DNA of 64,000 bases from an uncultured Verrucomicrobiae bacterium (GCA_963764165.1 CAVXRD010000002.1:800001-864000), one strand, 5' to 3'. Counted from the first letter of the stretch, positions 20,843-31,370 are shown. The notes: generated by a model not told the origin, from the letters alone. Program-made: numbers and translations.

Positions 20843-21156
20843 AACGAACGATCCAAGTTTTTGTGGGCGACGCAGCGAAAAGGGTTGAGACCTTGCACTA
20901 TGATGCGGTCGGCGCCCGCATTCGACCTCAACCCTTTCCCGGACCGCGCGCGTGAGTCGAAGACTTGGATTTCGGAGGACACCGACCCCGCGGGAACCAT
21001 CGCGGCGCTTCTTTCGGTTTTACGGAACGCGCCTTGTCAAGGTGGCGTAGTACAGGGGCGGATCTTGGCATGACGGCCGAGGAGCTGGATCAACTCGCCG
21101 ACGCCTTCGAACACCCTGAGAGGGAGGCGGCGCACCAGGCAATAAGAAAGGCTTAA
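20839..21156 (+). pseudogene. hipA: HipA-family toxin remnant with internal deletions
   Basis: N-terminus VKRTIQVFVGDAAKRVETLHYDAVGAR is joined out of frame to APAFDLNPFPDRARESKTWISE and then WRSTGADLGMTAEELDQLADAFEHPER. About 320 bp versus roughly 1.2 kb for a typical hipA. Confidence 0.7.
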
Positions 21157-21185
21157 TTGAGCTGGCTATTCGGTGAGATGTGCTG

Positions 21186-23621
21186 CTATCTCCCTTTCTC
21201 TTCCAATAATTGCTCTGCCAGCTTAATCCCTGTTTTGGCGGCTTCTTCGAGTTCGCCTAGAGAACGTTCGGTGTCGAAAATGATCCAACGTATTCTCGGC
21301 AGGTTTGAGGCATCGGCCAGAGTCCCCAATTGGACCAAATCGCGATCTCGCGGAGGCAGTTGGTAAATAGCTTCGGCAGCTTCCAATTCTTTGGCAGCAT
21401 TCTTCGCAGTCGACGGATCGACTTGCCATCGATGGGAAGCGCTGGACCAGATCGTCTTGGCGGCTTGGATGGATTCGGCGAATTTGCCGAGTTGAAAGTA
21501 AGCCCGGCTGCGCACGTAATTGGCGCGCAGCGAATCGACCTTTAATAAATTCAGCGCCAGATCGGGGCGCCGGACATTCAGAAAATCCTCGGCACGAAGA
21601 TCCGCCGGCGCGTTTGTGCTGAGGCGCTCGAAGGCAAGATACGCCGCCCTCCGCATTGATTTTCCGAGAGCAAACGTGCCAAGCTCCTGCATCCCGGCGT
21701 CGGTATTGGGAGTGACTTTCCAGAGCAGATCTCCGTCTGGCTTGATGGACCATGCGATATTGAGAACCTCATTCAGATTCTCGGGAAATTCCGCCGCCGC
21801 GCGCAAGAACGGCAGGTCAGCCTCGCCTTCCTTCGCGAATTGGTGGGCGAAATGCAGCGCGACTCCCGCCGTGGTGGGTTCGAGGTGGATGATGCGCCAC
21901 GCTTCCGCGAATCGGCCATTCGGATATGCGGTCATGTAGGACAGGAAATAATCCCACCGCAGCCGCCAATTAAGCGGGTCGAGCCGGCGCTCGCGTTGAA
22001 TCTCCGCTTCGATCCCGGGGACAATTGGAACTCCGAGAATGCGGCGGGAATCCTTCCAGGCGATTAATTTCTCCATTTTCTGCACGCGATCAAAATACCC
22101 GGGCCACAACAGGAGGGATCTGGCATAAAGGGCGGCTTCCTCGGTGCCAGTGCGGGATCGTTCGGCCTGTTCGTTAAGCTCCCACGAATAGGCATTCGCG
22201 GCGCAAACCGCCAGCAGCGCCAGCGCAAAACCAACCCGTCCGAACACCGCCAGGCGGGTGGGCGGAGGCAGCAGCGCGGGCTGGCGGGGAAGATCGCGCA
22301 TGCCGTGCAGCCATCCCAAAATGGCCGCCACCAGCATTGTGGCCGCCGTGATGTGAAAAACGAACTCAACGTACGAATGCACCAAAAAAGCGATCACGGC
22401 CGCCAGCGCGCCAATCACCATCGGCTCCCCAGTGCGGCGCGCAAATTGGAAGAGACTGCCGAGCGACCACGCGAGCAGGGCAAGAAACAGCAGAGTCAGG
22501 GGCCAACCGCTTTCCGCCAAGCTTTGCAGGTATTCGTTTTCGGCGAACAGAGCCGTCGAGCCGGTCACCTCCGTCCGGTAATGAGCGAAGGCAACGTCAA
22601 ACGAGCCGGGCCCAACCCCGCAGAGCGGAAAGGCGCGCACGATTTTCCAAGTCTCGCGCCAGATGACATCCTTGTAGGAGAACGTGTGCGCCGCGGCAAG
22701 GCGGTCCAGCGCATGGCCGCTGGCATAGATCATGGCCGCCATGGCAAGGATCGTTCCAAAGATCAGTCCGGCGGAAACTTTGAAACGGACTTCCGCCATG
22801 AAAACAAGTGCCACTCCAAAAAAAATGATTCCGGCCACAAACGCGATCGGGGCGCCGCGCGAGCCGCAGAGAAACGCCATCAGCGCGGCGAACGCGATGC
22901 TCAGTCCAGCAAACGCGGCGGAGCGAGGCGATGGATATGTTATCGCGGGATGTGCGCTCCCCGATTTCACCGAAGCCTGGGCGAGCCAGCCGAGGACGAA
23001 GAGCGTGGCCACAAAAATCCAATCGGCGAAATGGTTTCGATTCGCAAACGTGCCCGCGCCATGGTGGGAGTAGTCCTGCCAGATGCCAAGAAACTTATCG
23101 CCGCCGTGAATGCGATACCAAACATCGCTGCCCGCCAGCGCAACCAAGGCAAGGCACAGCGCCATGACGAACGCGCGGTGCAGGCCCATTTTCGCCACGC
23201 GCCGCCCAAGGCAAAATGTCACCCCAACCAACAGCAGTTCCCAAACACGCTGCTGGCCCGCCGCCGGGGAAAGCGTGAGCGTCAGGTATCGGATGGTCTC
23301 ATTTGGAGCCAGTGGAAATTCTTTGGCGAGGGCGAGGCGTTCGGGCGAAATCAGCCCAACAACACTTGCGGGCAGCGGCGCCAGCGGCAGGATCAATCCC
23401 AAAAAAATCAGCACCCACCAACCCGCGCGGACGGCGCGTGGGAGGCTTGAAGGATAGGCGGGCTCGAAAATCAAAGCCAGCAAGCTAAGGCCGAGCAATG
23501 CTCCGACCATCGCCTGCTGCAAAGGTTTGACAGAACCAAACAAGACTGGCGCAAGGGCCAATCCCGCCAGGAAAGGAATCAGCTTCCACGCAGCCGGAGC
23601 GCGTTCCGTTTGCTGCGCCAT
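21186..23621 (-). CDS. O-antigen ligase / O-oligosaccharyltransferase family membrane protein with helical C-terminal extension
   Basis: GTFANRNHFA, GSRGA, GVGPGSF and AENEYLQSLAESG motifs; many TM segments. Confidence 0.85.
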   Translation of the reverse strand: MAQQTERAPAAWKLIPFLAGLALAPVLFGSVKPLQQAMVGALLGLSLLALIFEPAYPSSLPRAVRAGWWVLIFLGLILPLAPLPASVVGLISPERLALAKEFPLAPNETIRYLTLTLSPAAGQQRVWELLLVGVTFCLGRRVAKMGLHRAFVMALCLALVALAGSDVWYRIHGGDKFLGIWQDYSHHGAGTFANRNHFADWIFVATLFVLGWLAQASVKSGSAHPAITYPSPRSAAFAGLSIAFAALMAFLCGSRGAPIAFVAGIIFFGVALVFMAEVRFKVSAGLIFGTILAMAAMIYASGHALDRLAAAHTFSYKDVIWRETWKIVRAFPLCGVGPGSFDVAFAHYRTEVTGSTALFAENEYLQSLAESGWPLTLLFLALLAWSLGSLFQFARRTGEPMVIGALAAVIAFLVHSYVEFVFHITAATMLVAAILGWLHGMRDLPRQPALLPPPTRLAVFGRVGFALALLAVCAANAYSWELNEQAERSRTGTEEAALYARSLLLWPGYFDRVQKMEKLIAWKDSRRILGVPIVPGIEAEIQRERRLDPLNWRLRWDYFLSYMTAYPNGRFAEAWRIIHLEPTTAGVALHFAHQFAKEGEADLPFLRAAAEFPENLNEVLNIAWSIKPDGDLLWKVTPNTDAGMQELGTFALGKSMRRAAYLAFERLSTNAPADLRAEDFLNVRRPDLALNLLKVDSLRANYVRSRAYFQLGKFAESIQAAKTIWSSASHRWQVDPSTAKNAAKELEAAEAIYQLPPRDRDLVQLGTLADASNLPRIRWIIFDTERSLGELEEAAKTGIKLAEQLLEEKGR

Positions 23622-23640
23622 AACTCAGCAGACCGTGATG

Positions 23641-25920
23641 CTATTTCTTGCTTTCCGACGGTGTCTCGGATCCACTCTCGGCGCCGACTGCTTCCTTGCC
23701 GTCGGGATTGGAGCGCGGCTCCAAGCGGCGGCGGCGGACGGTTGTCGTCTTGACAACGGACATCGGCTCGCCGCCATCCGGGCTGTCTTCAACGGTGTAA
23801 TAGCTGTAATAATACTGCTGATAATAATAGTACGGATTATCGGGCCGAATTCCGTTCAATACCAGCCCAAGTATCTTGCCGCCGCGCTGGCGGATGGATT
23901 CGAGCGCTGTCTTGGCGAAACGCATCGACGTCTGGCCCGACATGATGACAAAGATAACTCCGTCGGAAAAACGCGCCAGCGAATAAGCGTCGTCGATCGC
24001 CGTCAGCGGCGGACAGTCAAAGATGACGTAATCGAAATTATTGCGCAGTTCCTGAATCATCGGCCGGGTCACCGACCCGATCAGCAATTCGCCCGGGTTG
24101 GGCGGCAGCGCGCCTGTCGAGATGATGCGAAGTGACTCGATGGGTGTCTGGCGGGCGACATCTTTCCATTTTGCCTTCCCGGCGAGAACTTCGGCCAAGC
24201 CCTGCTCGCGTTCCCACTTAAAGTAAGCATGAACGTTTCCGCGGCGAAGATCGCCGTCAATGAGCAGCACGCGGTGGCCGGCGAAAGCCAAGGTGACCGC
24301 GAGGTTGGTGGTAATGGTCGTTTTGCCGTCGCCGGGAGCGGCGCTGGAAACGATGAGGACCTGGCATTCAGCCGGCTTGGCGGGCGCTTCGCCGCCATCA
24401 GTGAACATGATGGACGAACGCACCCCGCGCAACGACTCGGCGAACATGTTGTGCTTGTCCAGATTGGATACCAAAATTCGCTTGTCCGCCAGGGCCTTGG
24501 TGTTGATGAGCGGAATCTGGCCGATGATGCGTTCTTCCAATTCCGCTTCAATGTCTTCCGCCAATTCGAGGCGGTCATCGAGGCGGCCCAGCAGATAGAT
24601 CAAGCCGAGGCCGATGACGGTGCCCAAAAGCAATCCGCCCATCACCATCTTGGGGCGATTCGGGCTGACGGGCGCGGGATCGCCCACGCCCTCCACATCG
24701 ATGCTGAAGAACCCGTCTTCCATCGGGGTGGCGGCAATGGCCTGAGCCTGCTTTTGAAGGTTATCGAGAGTCTGTTTGATGTTCGATTCGTTTTCGCGGA
24801 GCTGCTCAAATTGGTATTGAATGGTGCTTTTGGCCAGAACCTCCTGGCGCGCTTCGTCAATGATGGGAGTCAAGCCGTCCTCATCCCGCTGCAATTCTTG
24901 AATCTGGGCCAGGCGCCGGTTTTCAATCTGTTCCAGGAAATAGCGGATCTGCTGTTTGACGGCAGCCAATTCCTTGGTCAGATACTTCATATAGGGATGG
25001 CCCGGCAGAAGTGTCGCCGTTCGCAGTTCCAGCTCGGATTCCAGACCGCGCTGTTTCAATTTCAAATCGCCGTACTTGGCGCTCTCGACCACCGCCAACG
25101 GATCCGAAGACATGTTACCCTGCGAACCCGGCCCGTTGGTGCCGCTCTCGCGATTTGGAACGACGGTTGGAATCGTCGCGCCTTCGGCGATCTCCTCCGG
25201 CTTTCGATTCTGCAGTTCCTCGCGCCTGATCTTGATGTCCTGACTCTCGCCCAGCAATTTATCGAGGCGCGCTTGCGCGGCGGCGCCGGCTTCAGAAATG
25301 CTGCCGATCTTGTTCTTGCTCTCGAACTCGCGCAGCGCCTCCCGCGCGGCATCCAAGGCATCTTGCCGGCGCTTGATTTCGTTGCTGACTTCCAGGGCAT
25401 TCTTGTCAAGGGCGGATTCGCGGAGTTGCGTTTTGTAGGCGATAAACTCGCGCGCCCACAGGGTGGCGTATTGCTTGGCGAAGTTGAGATCGGTCGAGTC
25501 CACCTGCATGACGATCGATACCGGGCCTTTGTAAACTGAGGGAGCGGAGAAGAACCCCTCCTTTTTTGGCACTGAATCGCGAAGCTGATCCCGGACCCGA
25601 GTCTGCACATGATCGCTATTCATGTAGTCAATCTGCTTCTCGTAAAAGGTGCCCAATTCCTCCTGATATTCCGCCTGGGTCTTATAGGGAGTTTGTATGC
25701 GCGGGGCAACGCCAATCTTGGAGACCGCACGGTAAACGTCCGGCATGTTGATCGCCCGATAGGCGGAAATGCCGACGGCGATGGCAATCGAAGCCGCCAG
25801 GATGTACCACCGCTCCTGCACCCATTTAATGTAACGGCGCAAGCGGAAGAACAGGTTGACCCGGTCCACGAGCCACGTTCCCAAGAGCAAGCCACTCTTC
25901 TTTTTTGGATATCCAGGCAT
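23641..25920 (-). CDS. wzc: Polysaccharide co-polymerase / BY-kinase
   Basis: Two TM segments, coiled coil, PVSPNRP, PGDGKT Walker A, IDGDLRR, DCPP, and a Tyr cluster NPYYYYQQYYYSYY. Confidence 0.93.
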   Translation of the reverse strand: MPGYPKKKSGLLLGTWLVDRVNLFFRLRRYIKWVQERWYILAASIAIAVGISAYRAINMPDVYRAVSKIGVAPRIQTPYKTQAEYQEELGTFYEKQIDYMNSDHVQTRVRDQLRDSVPKKEGFFSAPSVYKGPVSIVMQVDSTDLNFAKQYATLWAREFIAYKTQLRESALDKNALEVSNEIKRRQDALDAAREALREFESKNKIGSISEAGAAAQARLDKLLGESQDIKIRREELQNRKPEEIAEGATIPTVVPNRESGTNGPGSQGNMSSDPLAVVESAKYGDLKLKQRGLESELELRTATLLPGHPYMKYLTKELAAVKQQIRYFLEQIENRRLAQIQELQRDEDGLTPIIDEARQEVLAKSTIQYQFEQLRENESNIKQTLDNLQKQAQAIAATPMEDGFFSIDVEGVGDPAPVSPNRPKMVMGGLLLGTVIGLGLIYLLGRLDDRLELAEDIEAELEERIIGQIPLINTKALADKRILVSNLDKHNMFAESLRGVRSSIMFTDGGEAPAKPAECQVLIVSSAAPGDGKTTITTNLAVTLAFAGHRVLLIDGDLRRGNVHAYFKWEREQGLAEVLAGKAKWKDVARQTPIESLRIISTGALPPNPGELLIGSVTRPMIQELRNNFDYVIFDCPPLTAIDDAYSLARFSDGVIFVIMSGQTSMRFAKTALESIRQRGGKILGLVLNGIRPDNPYYYYQQYYYSYYTVEDSPDGGEPMSVVKTTTVRRRRLEPRSNPDGKEAVGAESGSETPSESKK

Positions 25921-25946
25921 ATTTTTAATCAAGTTGAATTGTCAAC

Positions 25947-26603
25947 TCACTGAAACAGAATATTCTTTTCGATCAGATTGATGCGATCGCCCGGAAACAC
26001 CGGGACGTCCTTTTTCGGGTTCTTCTCAATTGCCTCGACGTCAACAATCTTCTCATCCACTTTTCCGGTCGCCTCATTGATCCGCATGATCTTGACCTTT
26101 TTCAAATTCGCGAATTCCGACGGGCCAGCCCGCAAGATCGTCTCCAAGAGCATTAAGTGTTCCCCCGGCAAAAGCGGGACGAAATTATTGCGAACCGGCC
26201 CCGTGATCACGATTTGGCCTGGCTGAACCGTTGCCGCTCCTTGCTCCAGCGTGACGGTGGCATTCTTGTAGTAGGTGGCGTCCAGCTTCTTTTTCAGTTC
26301 CTGGCGGATTTCGGAAATGGTCTTGCCGGAGGCATTGATCACGATTTCATCGTTGTAGCCCAAGCTCACCGGAAAATGGATGTTCGTGCTGAGATCAACA
26401 ATGAGGGTTAGCGGAGTGGCGCGCTGGGCTGGGTCTTCCGCCACCGCATAGGCCAGCTTGTCCTGCGGAATCACCATTTTGTTCGAGGGCGCCGCGGCGG
26501 CATTGGTGGAGGAGGATGAGGAATCGTTCGGGTCGGCGGCCAGCCGTGAGGCCAGCAGCAGCGCGCTTCCAAAGGCAAGGCATTTAATAATGGTCGATTT
26601 CAT
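25947..26603 (-). CDS. Polysaccharide export protein (Wza-like, Poly_export + SLBB)
   Basis: Signal peptide, ASGKTISEI, ANLKKVKIMR and VFPGDRI motifs. Confidence 0.8.
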   Translation of the reverse strand: MKSTIIKCLAFGSALLLASRLAADPNDSSSSSTNAAAAPSNKMVIPQDKLAYAVAEDPAQRATPLTLIVDLSTNIHFPVSLGYNDEIVINASGKTISEIRQELKKKLDATYYKNATVTLEQGAATVQPGQIVITGPVRNNFVPLLPGEHLMLLETILRAGPSEFANLKKVKIMRINEATGKVDEKIVDVEAIEKNPKKDVPVFPGDRINLIEKNILFQ

Positions 26604-26606
26604 AGT

Positions 26607-27908
26607 TTAGAATTCGCGGGTGATGTCGAGGGTTAATCGGTTCTGCACGTAGTTGTTGTCTGGGAGACTGGAGTCCTTCAGCGCAAAGGAATAGCCGATG
26701 CTGGTGCTCCAAAGCCGCGTGATCTGCCGGCCCGTGCCGATGTAGAACAAGTATTGGCCCGCGTTCTCGCCTTGCGGACCGGAGCTTTGGAGCGCGTTAT
26801 AGGTGATCGAAGTGCGCAGAGTCAGGCCCGCCGAGAAGCGGGCCGATAAGCCGTACTGCATCGAAAGAATCTGGTTGTAATTGTTTTCCAGCCCCAGCAG
26901 CAGTCCGTTCGAGAGGTTGAAATCCTCGGACATGAGGCGATTGATTTTGTGCGTGATATTCAACTGCGCCGACACGTTTGCGCCCGGCTGGCTGGTGTCG
27001 CCGTAAAAGCCAGACTGCCCGAATGTCATTGTCGTGTATCCCACCGCGCCGTTGACAGATATAAATTGTGAGGGCCTGAATATAAAGTTCGGGCCGATGG
27101 TGTAGCTCTGGGCGGTCGCGGAATAGTTCGTCGAGTAATAGTTCAACCCGTAGGACGCGGCGACCCCAACCGTCAATCGCGGCGAAACGCGGTAGTAGGC
27201 CCCCACCGAAAACGTATGCGTGTTGACATCCAACTCATCGAAGTCAGAGGTCAGCGAGCGGCTGATGCCATAGCTGTAGCCTGCCGAAAAGCGCCACGTC
27301 GTGTTGGGTTCCCAGTTGAACAGGATGCCGATGGTCTCATTGAGCAGATCGAAGTTAATCAGCTCGCCTTCCGGACCGCTGATGTCAGGCCGGGAGGTGG
27401 GATCCGTCACAATGGAGAAACTATCGTAAACGCGCGCCTCAATCGGATGAACCAGCCGAAGCCGGTAATCAATGCGCGTCTTGGGATCAATGCTGAATTG
27501 GCTCACCGAAGTGTGGAACAAATACCATTGATACCCCATGTCCAGGTTCAATTCCAAAAGTTGAATCTCCGTAATTGGATAAACAAAGCCGACGGCGCCG
27601 TGCGGGTTGATCGAGATATCCGCGGCGCGGCCGTGAGCTGAGAGATTGATGTTATCATTGGCCTCAAGCTGGAGCGAGGCGCGGATGCGAGCCTCAAGCT
27701 TGCCAAACTTCAAATTGTAACGCGCCGGCTCCGGAGTCAAAAACGCGGGGGAGGGCGCCGACCGGCTAATAAAGCCGGTGTCAAGTCCCTGGCCGAAAGC
27801 GCGCGCGCTTCCCCATGCCAAGACTATCATCAAGATGGAGCGGGAAAGGAAAGACCTTCGCACTTCGTCCTTAAACCGGGACTCTCCCCAGCCAGCGCAT
27901 TTGCTCAA
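26607..27908 (-). CDS. EPS-associated outer-membrane beta-barrel protein
   Basis: Alternating amphipathic strands, NDNI motif, C-terminal Phe (ITREF); adjacent to wza and wzc. Confidence 0.75.
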   Translation of the reverse strand: MSKCAGWGESRFKDEVRRSFLSRSILMIVLAWGSARAFGQGLDTGFISRSAPSPAFLTPEPARYNLKFGKLEARIRASLQLEANDNINLSAHGRAADISINPHGAVGFVYPITEIQLLELNLDMGYQWYLFHTSVSQFSIDPKTRIDYRLRLVHPIEARVYDSFSIVTDPTSRPDISGPEGELINFDLLNETIGILFNWEPNTTWRFSAGYSYGISRSLTSDFDELDVNTHTFSVGAYYRVSPRLTVGVAASYGLNYYSTNYSATAQSYTIGPNFIFRPSQFISVNGAVGYTTMTFGQSGFYGDTSQPGANVSAQLNITHKINRLMSEDFNLSNGLLLGLENNYNQILSMQYGLSARFSAGLTLRTSITYNALQSSGPQGENAGQYLFYIGTGRQITRLWSTSIGYSFALKDSSLPDNNYVQNRLTLDITREF

Positions 27909-27944
27909 ATGACAGGCTTGGAAAAGTGTTGGGGATGGCGTGTA

Positions 27945-29678
27945 TCATTGAATTCTGCTGATGACGTGGTTGGTTTGCCCCGGCTGCGGCGGCGGTACGA
28001 CCGGCGGCGGAATCAGGCCCTCTGTGAAGGGTGTGCTCGGTGAAGGCGGCAGCAGGCCGCTCGTGAAAGGACTGGTGGGAGAGCTCGGGTTATCCGGGTT
28101 AATTTCGCCGTTGGCGCCGATAACCCAGCCGTTCAAATCGCCAATATTGAAATTGAGCGCGCGATCCGCTTGCAAGACTGGAGAATAGCCGTTCTCGGTT
28201 TCCACCGAGACATCGTTGATGTTGTCAGCGCCCGTCTTCAACGTGAAGGTGCCTTTCTTCAAGTCAAGGGTGAGGGAGACTTTGTCGCCTTCGACAACAT
28301 TGATCGTCAGGCCGTGAATCGCGTCGATAACAAGCTGAAAATTGCTGCGCAAAGCCTCCAGCGTCAAAAACCCGCCCGCCGAATACATAATTTTCGCCCT
28401 CCCGTCAGATCCGAACGACACAATGCGCTCGCTGCCAGGCTCGACTTGGGCAAAGGCAAGCGCCGAAAAAGCTTGCAGCGGCTGGCCGTTATCCCAGTTC
28501 ATCTTCAAGCGAATGCCCGCTCCAGAAGTAAGTCCGGCAATCAACCTTTTGGAATCCAGCAGCATTCCGCCCGTTTCCACGCTGCCGACGTCGTTGCCGT
28601 TGCCGTTATAGAGTTTCACCCGTCCGCCCGCCGCGGCGGTTGAGAAAATGCCCTTGGCCACCAAGGCGTATTGAAACTCAACATTGGGCTCCACGACGGC
28701 GACGCTGCGCCCGGGCAGCGATACCTGCATGGGCTCGGAGCAAAGGTTCTTGATTTCCGCCAGTTTCTTTGACTTGTCCCATAGAAGTTGCGCCTGCTGG
28801 CCGGACGTGGCAGTCACCATGAAGCCGGGAACGCCACTGACCAGTATTTGAAATTTGCCTTTGGCCGCGCTGACGTTCAGACTGCCGTCGGCGTTAAGTT
28901 TGAAACCGATGCTGCCAGTCGGCGTTTCAATGGTGGTCGGCGCCGTGTACATTTTTCCGCCGTCGGCGGAGATCTTCAGTTCGCCCCCTTGCATTCCCTC
29001 AATGGTCAGGGACATTGCCGCCCCAGGACGCTCCCAATGAGACTTGTCTTTGCCATCCGCATCCTTGCCGTCCACCCGCAGTTGCAAAGCGCCGCCCGTC
29101 ATCGAAGCACCCGGAACGGAGAGATTGACGGCATGCCCATCGGCATCAAGGGCCATTATATTCCCAGACCCTTTAAAAACAAAAGCTCCATTAGAGAGCA
29201 GATCAAGATGGCCTTTCGCTCCGCCTTTAAGTTCAATCTGGCTGCCATCGTCGCACAGCAAAAACCCCGCTCCGCCATTCCCCTTCGGCATCGATAGCTC
29301 AATCTGGCCATTTTTCAAGTCCGCCTTAATTTCAACCGGAACGCTTTGTGGAATTTCCGCCCGCCAACCTTTTGCCTCCGATGAACTTATGGAAACCTGG
29401 CCTGCGCTGCTGGATATCTCGATGCCGCCGCCTTGGGCTGGCGAAAAATCCACTCCATGGACCTGAACCCGATTGCTCGCGGAATTGGGATTATGAAGCG
29501 AGACCTCCTGGTTGTCGACGATTGCCGACAAGCCACCGTCACGGGTAACAAGCTGAACCTTGCTGCCAGTTGAACTATCCCGCGCTAGAACTTGGAAACT
29601 GACATTGCACAACAAGAACGCTGCAATCAATCCAACGGCGCACACCCGGTTCACGGATAACCTCATCGGAAGCTCCAT
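27945..29678 (-). CDS. Hypothetical secreted beta-rich protein with Pro-rich C-terminus
   Basis: 577-aa ORF with signal peptide, Gly/Ser/Val-rich; first gene of the export operon. Confidence 0.7.
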   Translation of the reverse strand: MELPMRLSVNRVCAVGLIAAFLLCNVSFQVLARDSSTGSKVQLVTRDGGLSAIVDNQEVSLHNPNSASNRVQVHGVDFSPAQGGGIEISSSAGQVSISSSEAKGWRAEIPQSVPVEIKADLKNGQIELSMPKGNGGAGFLLCDDGSQIELKGGAKGHLDLLSNGAFVFKGSGNIMALDADGHAVNLSVPGASMTGGALQLRVDGKDADGKDKSHWERPGAAMSLTIEGMQGGELKISADGGKMYTAPTTIETPTGSIGFKLNADGSLNVSAAKGKFQILVSGVPGFMVTATSGQQAQLLWDKSKKLAEIKNLCSEPMQVSLPGRSVAVVEPNVEFQYALVAKGIFSTAAAGGRVKLYNGNGNDVGSVETGGMLLDSKRLIAGLTSGAGIRLKMNWDNGQPLQAFSALAFAQVEPGSERIVSFGSDGRAKIMYSAGGFLTLEALRSNFQLVIDAIHGLTINVVEGDKVSLTLDLKKGTFTLKTGADNINDVSVETENGYSPVLQADRALNFNIGDLNGWVIGANGEINPDNPSSPTSPFTSGLLPPSPSTPFTEGLIPPPVVPPPQPGQTNHVISRIQ

Positions 29679-30064
29679 TTAACAGCCGCATTGGAGCGCG
29701 CGCAAGGAAAAAACAGAGCGTTGCCAAGCCATGCCGTCTCTAGGCTTGACAAAGGACATTCCAGCGCCACCCATGCACCAGCTAAAACATTGATATTCAA
29801 ATACATAAATTCGACCGTTGAAATCGATTCATTTCTCGAATGGGGCGCCATCCCGTCGCAATAAACGCGGCGAAATGGGCAGATTTCTCGCCATCAATCA
29901 AGCAACTGCCATGCCAGTTGCAGGTTCAAAGAAAATGGTTGTCAACGCATGTCGCTCTGCCTATTGTCCGCTTTACAACATCGATTTTGGCGACCGGGCG
30001 GAGAGCAAGTCTGCCAAGGATGGGCGTGATCGGTGCCGAGAAGACGCAATATTTGAAGCAAAAC

Positions 30065-31363
30065 ATGAAATTTCAGAAATGGACGGTTGGTTTGGCCACC
30101 GCTGGGCTGGTCGGCTTGGTTCCCTCCTTGGTGGCCCAAACGCCCGGGGGAGTACCCCAACTCGTTCCGATTGAAACAGCCTTGTCCGCGACCACTATCA
30201 GCGGGTATGTGGATACGTCGGCCATTTGGAATCCCGGCACCGGCAATGCCCACCCGGCCCCGTTTGCCTTCAACGCCGGAAAGCAGGACGGGTTCAATCT
30301 CGATTCGATGGATGTGAAAATCTCCCGCTCTGGCGATGATACGAAGTGGTCAGCTGGCTACGTCGCGGAACTGAATTACGGTCCAGACGCCGCGATGGAT
30401 GGCGGGGCGTATCCCATTCGCCAGGCGTTCGTTCAATTAAAAGTGCCGTTTTTCAACGGCATTGATTTCCAACTTGGGCGGTGGGACAAAACAATCGGGT
30501 TCGAGGCGAATGATTCGTACATGAATCCAAACTTCACCCGTTCTTACTCCTACACGTTTGAACCGACCGAGCACACCGGATTATTGGGCGCCTATACTTA
30601 CAAGGCGTTAACTTTTCAGTTGGGCGTGGCTGACACGGTGACGCCGAACGGATTAAATTCCCGGACTGATGGCTACGGAACGACGGTCGTCGAGAGCAAA
30701 AAGGCCCTCCTTGCCTCGGTCACGCTGACCGCGCCGGATAGCTGGGGCGGATGGAAAGGATCCACGCTCGAAGCAGGATGGGATCTGGGCCAAGGCTACA
30801 CTGACTACGGGGCTGGGTCCGGCCCAATGTACTCCTCCACCGCTCCACATAATCGTTCCGAGATTTACGTCGGCGCAAAATTCATCACGCCCATCAAAGA
30901 CCTGACCTTCGGCCTTTGCTGGGACGCGATTCAGCATAACGACATCGTAATGTACTACCAGGGCCAGCCGTTCGGGCCCGGCGATACCTTTCCCGGCGCG
31001 GTTGACGCCAGTTATTTTCAATCCATCGCAGGCTATATTTCGTATAAGCCCTTGGACCGGCTGAAGCTGAGCGGCCGTGTAGAATACGCCTCCGGGATGG
31101 GACTCGGAGTCGCGTCCGATTCGCAGAACGGCTTCGGCGTGGACTCCGCCGGCAACCTGATACCGAACCCGCTGCACCGCGTGCTCGATCTCACCGCAAC
31201 CGTCGAATACAGCATCTGGGAGAACGTCACCAGCCGCGTGGAGGTTCGCTGGGACCGCACCCTGGATGGCACCGACGCCTTCGGCGGCGACACGCTCTAC
31301 GATAGTTTGCCCAACAGCAAGAACAGCATCTTGATCGGGGCAAACGTCATATACAAATTCTAG
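30065..31363 (+). CDS. Outer-membrane beta-barrel porin (BBP2/DUF1597-like)
   Basis: TISGYVD, NPNFTRSY, EPTEHTG, RVEVRWD and C-terminal IYKF. Start MKFQKW at 30065. Confidence 0.85.
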   Translation: MKFQKWTVGLATAGLVGLVPSLVAQTPGGVPQLVPIETALSATTISGYVDTSAIWNPGTGNAHPAPFAFNAGKQDGFNLDSMDVKISRSGDDTKWSAGYVAELNYGPDAAMDGGAYPIRQAFVQLKVPFFNGIDFQLGRWDKTIGFEANDSYMNPNFTRSYSYTFEPTEHTGLLGAYTYKALTFQLGVADTVTPNGLNSRTDGYGTTVVESKKALLASVTLTAPDSWGGWKGSTLEAGWDLGQGYTDYGAGSGPMYSSTAPHNRSEIYVGAKFITPIKDLTFGLCWDAIQHNDIVMYYQGQPFGPGDTFPGAVDASYFQSIAGYISYKPLDRLKLSGRVEYASGMGLGVASDSQNGFGVDSAGNLIPNPLHRVLDLTATVEYSIWENVTSRVEVRWDRTLDGTDAFGGDTLYDSLPNSKNSILIGANVIYKF

Positions 31364-31370
31364 GGGGAAT

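Noticed and set aside
24229..25539. 436-aa plus-strand ORF, and similar ones at 16778-18082, 18030-19127 and 22305-23450
   Set aside because: Antisense shadows of well-supported minus-strand genes.
29840..30064. Long N-terminal extensions in the ORF track (also 5471-5713, 13899-14204, 32446-32520, 60907-61017)
   Set aside because: They overlap neighbouring genes or repeats, or precede clear signal peptides. Downstream starts fit better.
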